NCBI GenBank assembly: GCA_963719985.1
Contig: CAVRDU010000005.1
Span: 1,156,432-1,220,431 of the forward strand
Length of the DNA: 64,000 bases
DNA from: Candidatus Aminicenantes bacterium
Lineage (GTDB): Bacteria > Acidobacteriota > Aminicenantia > Aminicenantales > Saccharicenantaceae
Direction: 5' to 3'
Below are positions 8,606-16,923 of this stretch, one piece after another. The translations under genes and the position numbers were made by a program. The notes below the pieces were generated by a model. It was not told the DNA's origin and ran no database searches. It worked only from the letters and a program-made list of their open reading frames with translations. Every line of letters begins with the position of its first letter. Position 1 is the first letter of the stretch.

Positions 8606-8797
8606 TAGCATTCCGGGGGGGCCAATTCAAGCTTTTTTTTAGGGGAAAAAGGCCTTCGTGGGAGGTTCGGGCCGGACGATGGCCAAGGATCGCCGAGCCC
8701 TTCGCGGGAAGGACGAAAAAGCTTGGAAATCGGCCCGCGGCGGGGTCCGGAGGCCGGCTAAAAGGGCCTGTTTTGTCGGGCTTAGAGAGGGTTCGCG

Positions 8798-9421
8798 TCA
8801 GCGTCCGAGGAGGGTCCGCTTCTCGAGCGTCGTCGTCCCAAGAAGGATGGGCAGAAGCCGGGCCCGGAGCCGGGCGGAGAGCTCGGAGAAGGCGAAGTCG
8901 GCGGGCTTTTCGACGTCGGCGTAGTCGCGCTCCTCCCGATACTCTTTGCGGAAGAGCGGCTCGCCGTCGGCCGCCGCGAGGACCGAGACCTCAACGGACA
9001 TCGTCCAACGGCGGACCTCGAGCAGTCCGCGCTCCGCGCGCTTGAACGGTCCGTCGGCGGGGATCGGCTTGTTGTCGAGGGCCTTGCGGACCTCGGTCGA
9101 CAGCCGGACCGAGCCGGTGATAACGACGGCGCGACCGCTCCCACCGGCCGGGGCGTCGGCGGCGCGCTCGAGCCGGGTGACCGGGCCCGTGAAGGCCAGA
9201 TCGATCTCGCCCGCAAGATATTCGGAGAGGGCCCGGCCGGCCGGGAAGCCTTCGACCGGGGAATCCTCTTGAAAATCGGTCACGATGATCGCGTCGAACG
9301 ATCCGGCGGAGAAGGGCGAGACGCCGGGCAGGTCGACGCGGACCTCGATGGGCCCGCCGGACCTGCAGGCCGGAGCGGCGGCCAGGGCGAGGACCAGGGC
9401 GATCGCGGCCGCGGTCCTCAC
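8798..9421 (-). CDS. Hypothetical lipoprotein
   Basis: It has a signal peptide with an LAAAPAC lipobox and is 207 aa. No recognisable catalytic motif was found. Confidence 0.6.
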   Translation of the reverse strand: MRTAAAIALVLALAAAPACRSGGPIEVRVDLPGVSPFSAGSFDAIIVTDFQEDSPVEGFPAGRALSEYLAGEIDLAFTGPVTRLERAADAPAGGSGRAVVITGSVRLSTEVRKALDNKPIPADGPFKRAERGLLEVRRWTMSVEVSVLAAADGEPLFRKEYREERDYADVEKPADFAFSELSARLRARLLPILLGTTTLEKRTLLGR

Positions 9422-9771
9422 GCGCCGCCTGCCCGGCCCGACTCCAGGCGGGCCTTGAAGGACTCGTAGTTGAGCTTGATCGTCCGGTTGGCGGGTTCGA
9501 GGCGGAGGGCCTCCTCGTACTCCCTGCGGGCCTCCTCCCAGGCGCCGCGCTTTTCGTGGGCGATGGCCAGGTTGTTGTGGGCCGCGGCCGAGCCCGGATC
9601 CTGCCGGACGGCCTCGGTCCAGTGGCGGAGCGCCGCGTCCCAGTCGTCGGCGCGGGCCGCCGAGATGCCCGCCTTGAGGGGGCCGATGGCCAACGATCGG
9701 GCGCAGGCCGAGAAGACGACGAGGCCGCCGAGGACGAGGGGGCCGACTGATGCGACGAGGAAGCGTTTCAT
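9418..9771 (-). CDS. TPR-repeat lipoprotein
   Basis: It has an LVVFSAC lipobox and a TPR-like AAHNNLAIAHEKRGAWEEARREYEEALRLEP segment. It is 117 aa and overlaps the downstream lipoprotein gene by 4 nt. Confidence 0.6.
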   Translation of the reverse strand: MKRFLVASVGPLVLGGLVVFSACARSLAIGPLKAGISAARADDWDAALRHWTEAVRQDPGSAAAHNNLAIAHEKRGAWEEARREYEEALRLEPANRTIKLNYESFKARLESGRAGGA

Positions 9772-9837
9772 GCCGGTCTCAGGGAAAGATTACGCCTTTT
9801 GGGACGCTCCGGTCAAGCGGCCGCGGGCCCGGCCCGG

Positions 9838-9866
9838 CTTGCCTGACCGGGGCTTTTGTGGTATAA
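9838..9866 (+). promoter_or_regulatory. Sigma70-like promoter for rpmB (TTGCCT, 17-nt spacer, TATAAA)
   Basis: The -35 element TTGCCT lies at 9838-9843 and the -10 element TATAAA at 9861-9866, about 35 nt upstream of the rpmB ATG. Confidence 0.5.
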
Positions 9867-9901
9867 AATCGGCTCAATCCTCGAACGAGAGAGATGCGAC
9901 C

Positions 9902-10093
9902 ATGCCGAAAGTCTGCGAGATCTGTGAAAAAGGGCCCGTCTTCGGGCATAGCGTCAGCCATTCGCACAAGTCGTCGCCAAAAAAGTGGAAGCCCAATCTC
10001 CAGCGCGTCAGAGCCCAGACCCCCAAGGGTGTCCGCCAGATCTGGGTCTGCGCGCGATGCCTGCGCTCGGGCAAGGTGGCCAAGGCCGCCTGA
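9902..10093 (+). CDS. rpmB: 50S ribosomal protein L28
   Basis: The sequence MPKVCEICEKGPVFGHSVSHSHKSSPKKWKPNLQRV is canonical L28. The upstream in-frame ORF extension is spurious. Confidence 0.9.
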   Translation: MPKVCEICEKGPVFGHSVSHSHKSSPKKWKPNLQRVRAQTPKGVRQIWVCARCLRSGKVAKAA

Positions 10094-10159
10094 CCTGGCC
10101 TATTTATTCGAACGCCCCGCTATTCTCCATCTCTGATCTATAGGCCAGGTCCTCCCCGA

Positions 10160-12301
10160 TCACACCCGTTCGACCGAAAGCACTTCCTTAAGCCCCGCGA
10201 TCCGCTTCACGATCGCCTCGAGGTGGCGGATATCCTTGATGCGCACGTCGAGGCGGATCCGCGCCTTCCCCTCCGAGATCATCGCGGCCTCGGCCTTGAA
10301 GATGTCACCGTCGAGCCCGGCGATGGCCGTGGCCACCTTGGCCAGGACACCGGGGGAGTCCTGCGACTTGACCAGGAGGCGGGCCTTGAAGGGCGCGGAG
10401 AACGACGGGTCCCAGGCGACCTCGACCTGACGCTGGGCGTCGAGCAGCTCCTTCGTCACGAGCGGGCAGCGCAGGGAGTGGACCGTCAAGCCGCGCCCGG
10501 CCGTGATGTACCCGACGACGGGCTCGCCTTTGACCGGCGAGCAGCACTGGGCCAGCTTGACCATCTGACCGTCGAGGTCCTTGATCAGGAAGCCCGGGCC
10601 CGGGGCGAGCCGGGCCTTCGCCTTGCCGAGCAGGGTCGGGCGGCGGGGCTCGACCGGGCCGAAGACGGCCTCGACGAGCTTCGGGTCGACGACGATCCGG
10701 CCGAGGCCGACCCGCCGGTAGAACTCGTCCAACGTCGCGGCCCGGAGGCCGACGACGGCGGCCACGCGCTTGGCCAGGTCCTCATCGCGGCGGAGCTCGG
10801 CCGGCAGGGCGTACTTCCGGACCTCCCGCTCCCAGAGCTTGCGCCCCAGGGAGACGCTCGTCGTCCGGCTCCGGAGGTTGAGCCAGCGCTTGAGATGCTG
10901 GCGGGCGCCGGCCGTGGCGGCCGCGGCGAGCATGGCCCGCGTCGGCGCCCTGTCGGGATCGGTCAGGATCTCGACGATGTCGCCCGTCGCGAGCGGCGTC
11001 TTGAGCGGGGCTGACGTGCCGTTGATCCGGGCGCCCGAGGCGTGCAGCCCGATCTCGGTGTGGATCTTGAAGGCGAAGTCGAGGGCGGTGGCCCCGGGCG
11101 GCAGGTTGACGACCTTGCCCTTGGGCGTGAAGACGTAGACCTCCTCGGGGATGAGGTTCGTCTTGAGGCTCTGGAGGAACTCGCGCGGGGCCTTCTGTTC
11201 CTTGAAGAGGGCGGCCATCTCCCGCAGCCAATGGAGGCGGCGGTCCTCCTTTTGGGGGCCGGGCGGGGCGTCGTCCTTGTAGCGCCAGTGGGCGGCGATG
11301 CCGTTCTCGGCGAGGTCGTGCATCTCCCGCGTCCGGATCTGGATCTCGAACATCTTCCGGTCCTCGGTGATGATCGTGGTATGCAGCGCCTGGTAGAGGT
11401 TCGGCTTGGGCATGGCGACGAAATCCCGGAAGCGCTGGGGCAGGTGAGGCCAGCGCTGGTGGATGATGCCCAAGATGGCGTAGCAGTTCTTGACCGTGTC
11501 GGTGATGACCCGGAGGGCCAGGAAGTCGAAGACCTGGTCGAAGTCGACGTCGCGCCGCTTCATCTTGCTCCAGACGCTGTACGGCCTCTTGACCCGGGAA
11601 TAGATCTCGGCCGGCAGGGCGTTGTCCGAGACGAGCCCGGCCAGGGCCTTGGTCATGGCGGAGAGGTCGGCCTCGGCGGCTTTCCGCTGCGGCTCGACGG
11701 TCGCGGCGATCTTGACGTACTCCTCGGGGGCCACGTAGCGGAACGACAGGTCCTCGAGCTCGGCCCGGATCCGGCCCATGCCGAGGCGGTTGGCGATGGG
11801 CGCGTAGATGTCGAGCGTCTCGCGGGCGATCTGGCGCCGCTTTTCCTCGTCGAGGTGCCTCAGGGTCTTGAGGTTATGGACGCGGTCGGCGAGCTTGATG
11901 AAGATGACCCGGATGTCGTCGGTCATGGCCAGGATGATCTTGCGGAGGGTCTCGGCCCGGCGGACCTCGGGCGATACTTCCTGGACCCGGCTGATCTTGG
12001 TCACGCCCTCGACCAGGTCGGCGACGTCCTTGCCGAAGCTCTCGCGGAGCTCGCCGGGCGTCGTCTCCGTGTCCTCGAGGACATCGTGGAGGAGGGCGGC
12101 GACGAGCGTCGTCCGGTCGAGCTTCATGTCGGCGAGGTAATCGGTCACCTCGAGAGGGTGGCTGAGATAGGGCTCGCCGGAGCGCCGGACCTGGCCCTTG
12201 TGGGCCTGCCCCGAGAAGACGTAGGCCTTGCGGAGGACCGCGACGTCCTTTTCGCTGATGTAGGAGGACGCCTTCTCGAGGATGTCGTCAAAGCGGACCA
12301 T
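10160..12301 (-). CDS. rel: Bifunctional (p)ppGpp synthetase/hydrolase (RelA/SpoT family)
   Basis: The 713-aa protein has an HD hydrolase domain (HPLEVTDYLADM, HDVLEDT), a synthetase domain, and TGS and ACT regions. Confidence 0.93.
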   Translation of the reverse strand: MVRFDDILEKASSYISEKDVAVLRKAYVFSGQAHKGQVRRSGEPYLSHPLEVTDYLADMKLDRTTLVAALLHDVLEDTETTPGELRESFGKDVADLVEGVTKISRVQEVSPEVRRAETLRKIILAMTDDIRVIFIKLADRVHNLKTLRHLDEEKRRQIARETLDIYAPIANRLGMGRIRAELEDLSFRYVAPEEYVKIAATVEPQRKAAEADLSAMTKALAGLVSDNALPAEIYSRVKRPYSVWSKMKRRDVDFDQVFDFLALRVITDTVKNCYAILGIIHQRWPHLPQRFRDFVAMPKPNLYQALHTTIITEDRKMFEIQIRTREMHDLAENGIAAHWRYKDDAPPGPQKEDRRLHWLREMAALFKEQKAPREFLQSLKTNLIPEEVYVFTPKGKVVNLPPGATALDFAFKIHTEIGLHASGARINGTSAPLKTPLATGDIVEILTDPDRAPTRAMLAAAATAGARQHLKRWLNLRSRTTSVSLGRKLWEREVRKYALPAELRRDEDLAKRVAAVVGLRAATLDEFYRRVGLGRIVVDPKLVEAVFGPVEPRRPTLLGKAKARLAPGPGFLIKDLDGQMVKLAQCCSPVKGEPVVGYITAGRGLTVHSLRCPLVTKELLDAQRQVEVAWDPSFSAPFKARLLVKSQDSPGVLAKVATAIAGLDGDIFKAEAAMISEGKARIRLDVRIKDIRHLEAIVKRIAGLKEVLSVERV

Positions 12302-12875
12302 GGCCGGAGAGCCCCTCCCGTTCGAGGATCCAGGCGGCGGCCTCGAGGACGCCCGGGGCCGTGTGCGCCGGGCGGACTCCGAGGGCCGCGAGCGCCGCCG
12401 GCGCCCCTTGTCCGTAGCCGGTGAGGACGAGCACAGGGACGGCCCCGACGTTGAGGCCGAAGAGGACGTCGGCCGGTTTGTCCCCGATCATGTAGGACGC
12501 GCCGAGGTCGAGCCCGAGCTCACGGGAGGCCCGCAGGCCCAGGCCGGGCCGCGGCTTGGCGCATGAACATGCGGCGCAGGCCGGGTCCTCCGGGGCGTGG
12601 GGACAGAAGTACAGGGCGTCGAGCGGCGCGCCGCGACGGGCGAACTCGTCCAGGAAGCTGGCGTGGAGCGCGTCGAGCTCGGCCGCGTCGAAGTAGCCGC
12701 GGCCGAGCCCGGACTGGTGGGTGACGACGACGGTGGCGAACCCGGCCCGGCCGAGGCGGCGGACGGCCTCGAAGGCCTCCGGATAGATGTGGACCTGGCG
12801 GAAGTCGGCCGGGTATCCGGTGTCCTCGTTGAGGGTCCCGTCGCGGTCGAGGAAAACGGCCCGGCGCGTCGTCAT
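12288..12875 (-). CDS. HAD-IIIA phosphatase, GmhB-like (D,D-heptose 1,7-bisphosphate phosphatase / histidinol-phosphatase family)
   Basis: The FLDRDGTLNEDTGYP motif and a Zn-binding CPHAPEDPACAACSCAKP motif are present. The longer ORF reaching 14429 is a spurious high-GC extension. Confidence 0.75.
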   Translation of the reverse strand: MTTRRAVFLDRDGTLNEDTGYPADFRQVHIYPEAFEAVRRLGRAGFATVVVTHQSGLGRGYFDAAELDALHASFLDEFARRGAPLDALYFCPHAPEDPACAACSCAKPRPGLGLRASRELGLDLGASYMIGDKPADVLFGLNVGAVPVLVLTGYGQGAPAALAALGVRPAHTAPGVLEAAAWILEREGLSGHGPL

Positions 12876-12918
12876 GGCATGCGCTCGCCGATGATGGCGA
12901 AGACCTCCGCTCGGTCGA

Positions 12919-13218
12919 TCACGAGGCGGGCTTGTCCGCCTTTTCGGGCTTCGCCGCCGGGGCGTCGGCGGACCCGTCCTTCGTCCCGTCCTTCGGCTCC
13001 GCTTTCTTCCCGGTCTTGGCCCCGGGGTCCGCGGCGCCCTTCTTGGCGTAGTCGGTGATGTACCAGCCGTTCCCCTTGAACTGGATGGCCGGAGTGGAGA
13101 TGAGCTTGACAACGGCGCCGCCGCACTTGGGGCACTTCTCGAGCGGCTTGTCCAAGGCCTTCTGGAGCACCTCGGTCCTCTCCCGGCATTGCTTGCACTG
13201 GTATTCGTAAAGCGGCAT
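12919..13218 (-). CDS. FmdB-family zinc-ribbon protein
   Basis: The N-terminus is MPLYEYQCKQC...CPKCGG, followed by a low-complexity K/A/P-rich tail. Confidence 0.7.
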   Translation of the reverse strand: MPLYEYQCKQCRERTEVLQKALDKPLEKCPKCGGAVVKLISTPAIQFKGNGWYITDYAKKGAADPGAKTGKKAEPKDGTKDGSADAPAAKPEKADKPAS

Positions 13219-13324
13219 CGCGTCTGTCTCCGATGGGACTCGTTCCCCGAAGCGCCCATTATATCAGAATTCCGCCCGATTGGGGGGCTCCTCCGTCTCC
13301 GCGGCCGGCTGGGAACGAGGGGCG

Positions 13325-14827
13325 CTATTCGTGGAAGACGATGGCGTCGAAGACCGAGAGCTTGGCCCCGCGCCTCCAGGCGTCGCGCGGCAGCCCGGCC
13401 TTGAGAGAGGCCTCTTCGAGGAAGGTCTCCCGGTCCCAGCCGTTCTCGACGGGGACCTGCGGCAGGAGCAGGCCCTTCCGCCCGTCCCTTTCGACGATGA
13501 GGCCGTGCGTGCCGACCTTGACGGCCCGGGGGTTGGAGATCTCGCGGGGAGGCGTCAGAACGGAGACCTCGATCCGGATGGAATCGAGCTCGGCGGCGGA
13601 GACCGGCGGGAAGCGGGGGTCCTCGGTGGCCGCCAGGATCGCGGCCTGGATCACGGTCCGGCCCAGCGGCGCGACCGGCTCGGCGTAGCCGATGCAGCCG
13701 CGAAGCCGGCCGGCCTTCCTGAGCGTGACGAACGCTCCCCGCGGCTCCTTGAACGCGCCCCGCCCGGTGCGGTCCTCGATGACGGCCCGCCGGCCGATGA
13801 ATTCCGTCATCGCGGCCCGGGCCAGGCGAAGGAGGTCCTCCCTCTCGTCCGGTCCGAGGGCGAACTCCTCCGGGGCTGACCCCTCGCCGGAGAGGACGGC
13901 GGCGGCGAGATAGCCGACGACGGGGCCGCCGAAGGAGGACGAGTCGGTCCGGTCGAGGATCTCGACCGACGGGCGCCCCGCTTTCTCGGCGAGGAGAAGC
14001 AGGGCGGCGACCGCACCGCCGCCGCACATGATGTTCTCCCCGGCCTCGACCTTGCGGAGGATCGTGTCGACGCGCCTGTCCCGGATGAGCCCGGCCGTCG
14101 CCGCGTCGGTCGCCTCGGCCCGGGCCTTCGGTAGGAAGTGCGACAGGTCGGTCGAAGCGACGACGAGGACCTTCTTCGCCAGACAAGTTTTGGCCAGCGC
14201 GGCCGCGAGGCCCTGGACGGTCGAGCGGTCCGGGAGGCCCATCACGATGGGGACGATGGCCGCCCCGGGCAATGCCCGCTGGATGAAAGGCACCTGGACC
14301 TCGACGGCGTGCTCCTCGGCGAACGCGTCGGCGCGGAACTTCGAGCGGCAGGCCCGGGCGATCTCGCGGGCCAGGTCCTCGTCGACCCGGGCGACGCCGA
14401 GCGGCGTCTCGAAGCCGCCGTCGGGCCATACGGACACTCCCTCGAACGCGACCCGGTGGGACGGGGAGAGGATGACGACCGTCTCGAAGGGCGTCCCGCG
14501 GACCCGGGCGTAGGCCGCGGCCGCCGTCCTCCCCGAATAGACATAGCCCGCGTGGGGAGCGATGAGGCCGACGACGCGGGCGGAGGAAGGGGCGGCCGGG
14601 GCGGCTTCCGCGAGGTAGGCGTCGATCGTCGAGGCCAGCCGGGACGCGTCGTCCGGATAGAACTCGCCGGCGAAGGCCGGCGGCCGGATCCCCTGCCCGC
14701 CGAGGGCTGTGGGGAGGAGCATGGCAGCCGCGGCCATGAGGCCGAGCGCTCTTGTGAACGGGTGGCCGATCATCGCGTCCCTCGCGCCTTCCGAGCCCAT
14801 GATATCGGCGGCGGGACGAAATTGCAA
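13325..14827 (-). CDS. Fusion protein: Memo-like (AmmeMemoRadiSam system protein B) N-terminal domain plus AMMECR1 C-terminal domain
   Basis: The Memo region includes LIAPHAGYVYSG and STDLSHF. The AMMECR1 region includes GAFVTLRKAGRLRGCIGY. An alternative start at 14773 would give a hydrophobic N-terminus. Confidence 0.8.
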   Translation of the reverse strand: MQFRPAADIMGSEGARDAMIGHPFTRALGLMAAAAMLLPTALGGQGIRPPAFAGEFYPDDASRLASTIDAYLAEAAPAAPSSARVVGLIAPHAGYVYSGRTAAAAYARVRGTPFETVVILSPSHRVAFEGVSVWPDGGFETPLGVARVDEDLAREIARACRSKFRADAFAEEHAVEVQVPFIQRALPGAAIVPIVMGLPDRSTVQGLAAALAKTCLAKKVLVVASTDLSHFLPKARAEATDAATAGLIRDRRVDTILRKVEAGENIMCGGGAVAALLLLAEKAGRPSVEILDRTDSSSFGGPVVGYLAAAVLSGEGSAPEEFALGPDEREDLLRLARAAMTEFIGRRAVIEDRTGRGAFKEPRGAFVTLRKAGRLRGCIGYAEPVAPLGRTVIQAAILAATEDPRFPPVSAAELDSIRIEVSVLTPPREISNPRAVKVGTHGLIVERDGRKGLLLPQVPVENGWDRETFLEEASLKAGLPRDAWRRGAKLSVFDAIVFHE

Positions 14828-14846
14828 ATCGGGCCGGGCCGGACGA

Positions 14847-14874
14847 TTGACTTTTCGCCCGATTTGGCTAAAAT
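14847..14874 (+). promoter_or_regulatory. Strong sigma70-like promoter (TTGACT, 16-nt spacer, TAAAAT) ahead of a small ORF and the lolB-like/ispE operon
   Basis: The -35 element TTGACT lies at 14847-14852 and the -10 element TAAAAT at 14869-14874, 18 nt before a GGGAAGG RBS and the ATG at 14893. Confidence 0.5.
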
Positions 14875-14892
14875 TAGAAAGGGAAGGTTGCG

Positions 14893-15027
14893 ATGAAAGG
14901 CTTCTTCAAATTCATGCTCGCGGTCCTGACGCTCGGCGCGGCGTTCTCCCTCGGTCTCCATCTCGGGAAAGAGAAAGAGAAGTCCAAGATCCCTATCTTC
15001 CAGGAAGAGCCGGAAAGCGGCGAGTGA
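14893..15027 (+). CDS. Small (44 aa) membrane protein, hypothetical
   Basis: The peptide MKGFFKFMLAVLTLGAAFSLGLHLGKEKEKSKIPIFQEEPESGE contains one TM helix. A strong promoter and an RBS lie upstream. It is below the ORF-track length cut-off. Confidence 0.4.
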   Translation: MKGFFKFMLAVLTLGAAFSLGLHLGKEKEKSKIPIFQEEPESGE

Positions 15028-15099
15028 TCCTTTGTCTGTCCGGCCGGCCCGGCGCGCGGCGCCCGGCGGAGATCCTGGGGGGAGCGTGAGGATCGAACG

Positions 15100-15297
15100 A
15101 TGAACGCGGGGACGATCGGCATCCTCGTCGTCTTCGCGGCGTTCGTCCTGCTACTCATCATCAATCCCAACATGTCGTGCTTCGGCCGGCGGATCAAATC
15201 CCCTTTCTACCCGCTCTTCCGCAAAAAGCGGCTTAAGGAAGGGGCCGGGGAGGCCCCCAAGAAGGCGCCGAAGACCGAAGATTATGGCTTCCGCTAG
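15100..15297 (+). CDS. Small (65 aa) membrane protein, hypothetical
   Basis: It has one TM helix followed by a basic tail and overlaps the next gene start. Confidence 0.3.
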   Translation: MNAGTIGILVVFAAFVLLLIINPNMSCFGRRIKSPFYPLFRKKRLKEGAGEAPKKAPKTEDYGFR

Positions 15298-15970
15298 GGC
15301 CTCCGCCCGGCACCGGCCGCGAGCGGCCGGGGCGTTCCTCCTGGCCTCTTCCCTGATCGCGTGCTCGGGCCGCACTCCCGTTCTCGTGCCTCCCCCCGGC
15401 GGCGTCGAGGCCGTCGAGGGTTTCGCCTTCGCCTCGGTCGCCGGCGCCGAGGCCTCGGTCAAGGGCCGGTTCGCCTTCCTCTTCCGGCGCCCGGGGCTCG
15501 GCCGGGTCGAAGCCGTCGATCCGCTCGGGAGGACCGTCTTCCGCGTCCATTTCCGCGACGGCCGGGCCTGGTTCGTCCTACCCTCCAGGAAGGTCTATGC
15601 CGAGGCCGAGGCCGAGGTCATGATGGACCGCATCCTCGGCCTCGTCATCCGGCCCGACGACACGCTGGCGCTCCTCTCTGGGACCTGGACGGAAGGCGGC
15701 GCGGCGGGCGGCTGGATCGTCGCCAGGGACGCGCAGGGGCGCGTCGTCCAGGGCGAGCGGGGCGGCTTCTCGTTCGAGGTCAGGGAATTCTTCCGCGGCG
15801 GCGCGGCCCCGCGCGAGATCGCCCTGGCCGGCCCGGAGACGTCGGGGCGGGTGAAGGTCCTCAAGCTCGCTTTCAACCCCGAGCCGCGGGACGAGGCCTT
15901 CGCGGTCGGCTTCCTCGGCCGGTACGCGGCGAAGACGTGGGAGGAGATGCTGGAGCTTCTCGACCGATGA
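15284..15970 (+). CDS. Lipoprotein in the LolB position of the conserved lolB-ispE-prs cluster (putative LolB-like)
   Basis: It has a signal peptide with an LIACSG lipobox and is 228 aa. The functional call is by synteny only. Confidence 0.5.
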   Translation: MASARASARHRPRAAGAFLLASSLIACSGRTPVLVPPPGGVEAVEGFAFASVAGAEASVKGRFAFLFRRPGLGRVEAVDPLGRTVFRVHFRDGRAWFVLPSRKVYAEAEAEVMMDRILGLVIRPDDTLALLSGTWTEGGAAGGWIVARDAQGRVVQGERGGFSFEVREFFRGGAAPREIALAGPETSGRVKVLKLAFNPEPRDEAFAVGFLGRYAAKTWEEMLELLDR

Positions 15971-16833
15971 CCGTCCGATCGTTCGCCAAAATCAACCTCG
16001 GCCTCGAGATCGTCCGCAAAAGGCCCGACGGCTACCACGACATCCGGACGCTCTTCCAGACGATCACCCTGGCCGACGAGCTCATTATCGAGCCGGCCCC
16101 GGCCGGGGCGCTCGAGCTCGAGGGGGACGATCCGGAGGTGGCCTGGGACAAGACGAACCTCGTCCACCGGGCCGCCGCGCTCCTGCGGCGATCGAGCGGG
16201 ACGGAGGCGGGGGTCCGGATCTCCGTCAGAAAAAGCGTCCCGGCCGGCCGCGGCCTCGGCGGGGGGAGCTCGAACGCGGCGGCGACCCTCCTCGCCCTGG
16301 ACGAGATGTGGGGCCTGGGGCTTGGCGCCGCCGGCCTGGCTCCCCTGGCCAGGAGCCTCGGGGCCGATGTCCCCTTTTTTCTCGAAGGCGGCCTCTGCCT
16401 GGGGGAGGAGATCGGCGACAAGCTGACCCCTCTCGCCGACCTCGATCCGTTGGCCTGCCTCCTCGTCGTTCCCCCCTTCCCCATCCCCACGCCGTCGATA
16501 TACGCCGGAGTGGGCCCGTCCTTGACTTCCCCGGGCAAAGACAGTAAAATTGGGCGCTTTCTGGAGTCCCGAGACTTCGGTCTTCTGGAAAACGACCTGG
16601 AGCGCGTCATTTTCCGGGCCCATCCCGAGCTCGAACGCTGGAAGAGCTTTTTGCGGGACGAGGGGGCCCTCGTCGCCCAGGTCAGCGGCTCGGGCTCGGC
16701 GGTCTACGGGCTTTTCCCCGACCCGGCGAGCGGCGAGAAGGCGCGGAGGAGGCTCCCCGGCGCGACGGACGCCCGGCTTGCGGCGACCCTGCCGCGGCGG
16801 GGCTTTAGGGCCCAGCTCGGCGCTGGGGCGTAG
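15967..16833 (+). CDS. ispE: 4-diphosphocytidyl-2-C-methyl-D-erythritol kinase
   Basis: It is a GHMP kinase with the PAGRGLGGGSSNAAATLLAL motif, 288 aa long. Confidence 0.92.
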   Translation: MTVRSFAKINLGLEIVRKRPDGYHDIRTLFQTITLADELIIEPAPAGALELEGDDPEVAWDKTNLVHRAAALLRRSSGTEAGVRISVRKSVPAGRGLGGGSSNAAATLLALDEMWGLGLGAAGLAPLARSLGADVPFFLEGGLCLGEEIGDKLTPLADLDPLACLLVVPPFPIPTPSIYAGVGPSLTSPGKDSKIGRFLESRDFGLLENDLERVIFRAHPELERWKSFLRDEGALVAQVSGSGSAVYGLFPDPASGEKARRRLPGATDARLAATLPRRGFRAQLGAGA

Positions 16834-16894
16834 CCAAGCGGAAAGGCAACGGACTTTGGCTCCGTCATCGGAGGTTCGAATCCTCCCGCCCCAG
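16824..16894 (+). tRNA. tRNA-Gln (anticodon TTG)
   Basis: A manual cloverleaf fit gives acceptor TGGGGCG/CGCCCCA, a D-arm, anticodon stem ACGGA/TCCGT with loop CTTTGGC (anticodon TTG), T-arm GGAGG-TTCGAAT-CCTCC and discriminator G. It is closely similar to E. coli tRNA-Gln including U1-A72. No CCA is encoded. Its 5' end overlaps the ispE stop codon. Confidence 0.85.
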
Positions 16895-16923
16895 TTCGGA
16901 CGATATACGACGAGGTAGGAACG

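Noticed and set aside
8612-8797. Short ORFs in the GC-rich spacer upstream of dnaA (8578-9045 and 8658-8924)
   Set aside because: They are Arg/Ala/Gly-rich with no start context and overlap the lipoprotein gene on the other strand. The region is better explained as origin and regulatory DNA.
10094-10159. Inverted repeat CCTGGCCTAT ... ATAGGCCAGG between convergent rpmB and rel as a bidirectional terminator
   Set aside because: The stem is 10 bp, but the loop is 37 nt and there is no flanking U-tract. That is insufficient for a confident terminator call.
12288-14429. 713-aa minus-strand ORF
   Set aside because: Only the C-terminal 195 codons (GmhB-like phosphatase) are real. The rest overlaps the FmdB and Memo-AMMECR1 genes in another frame.
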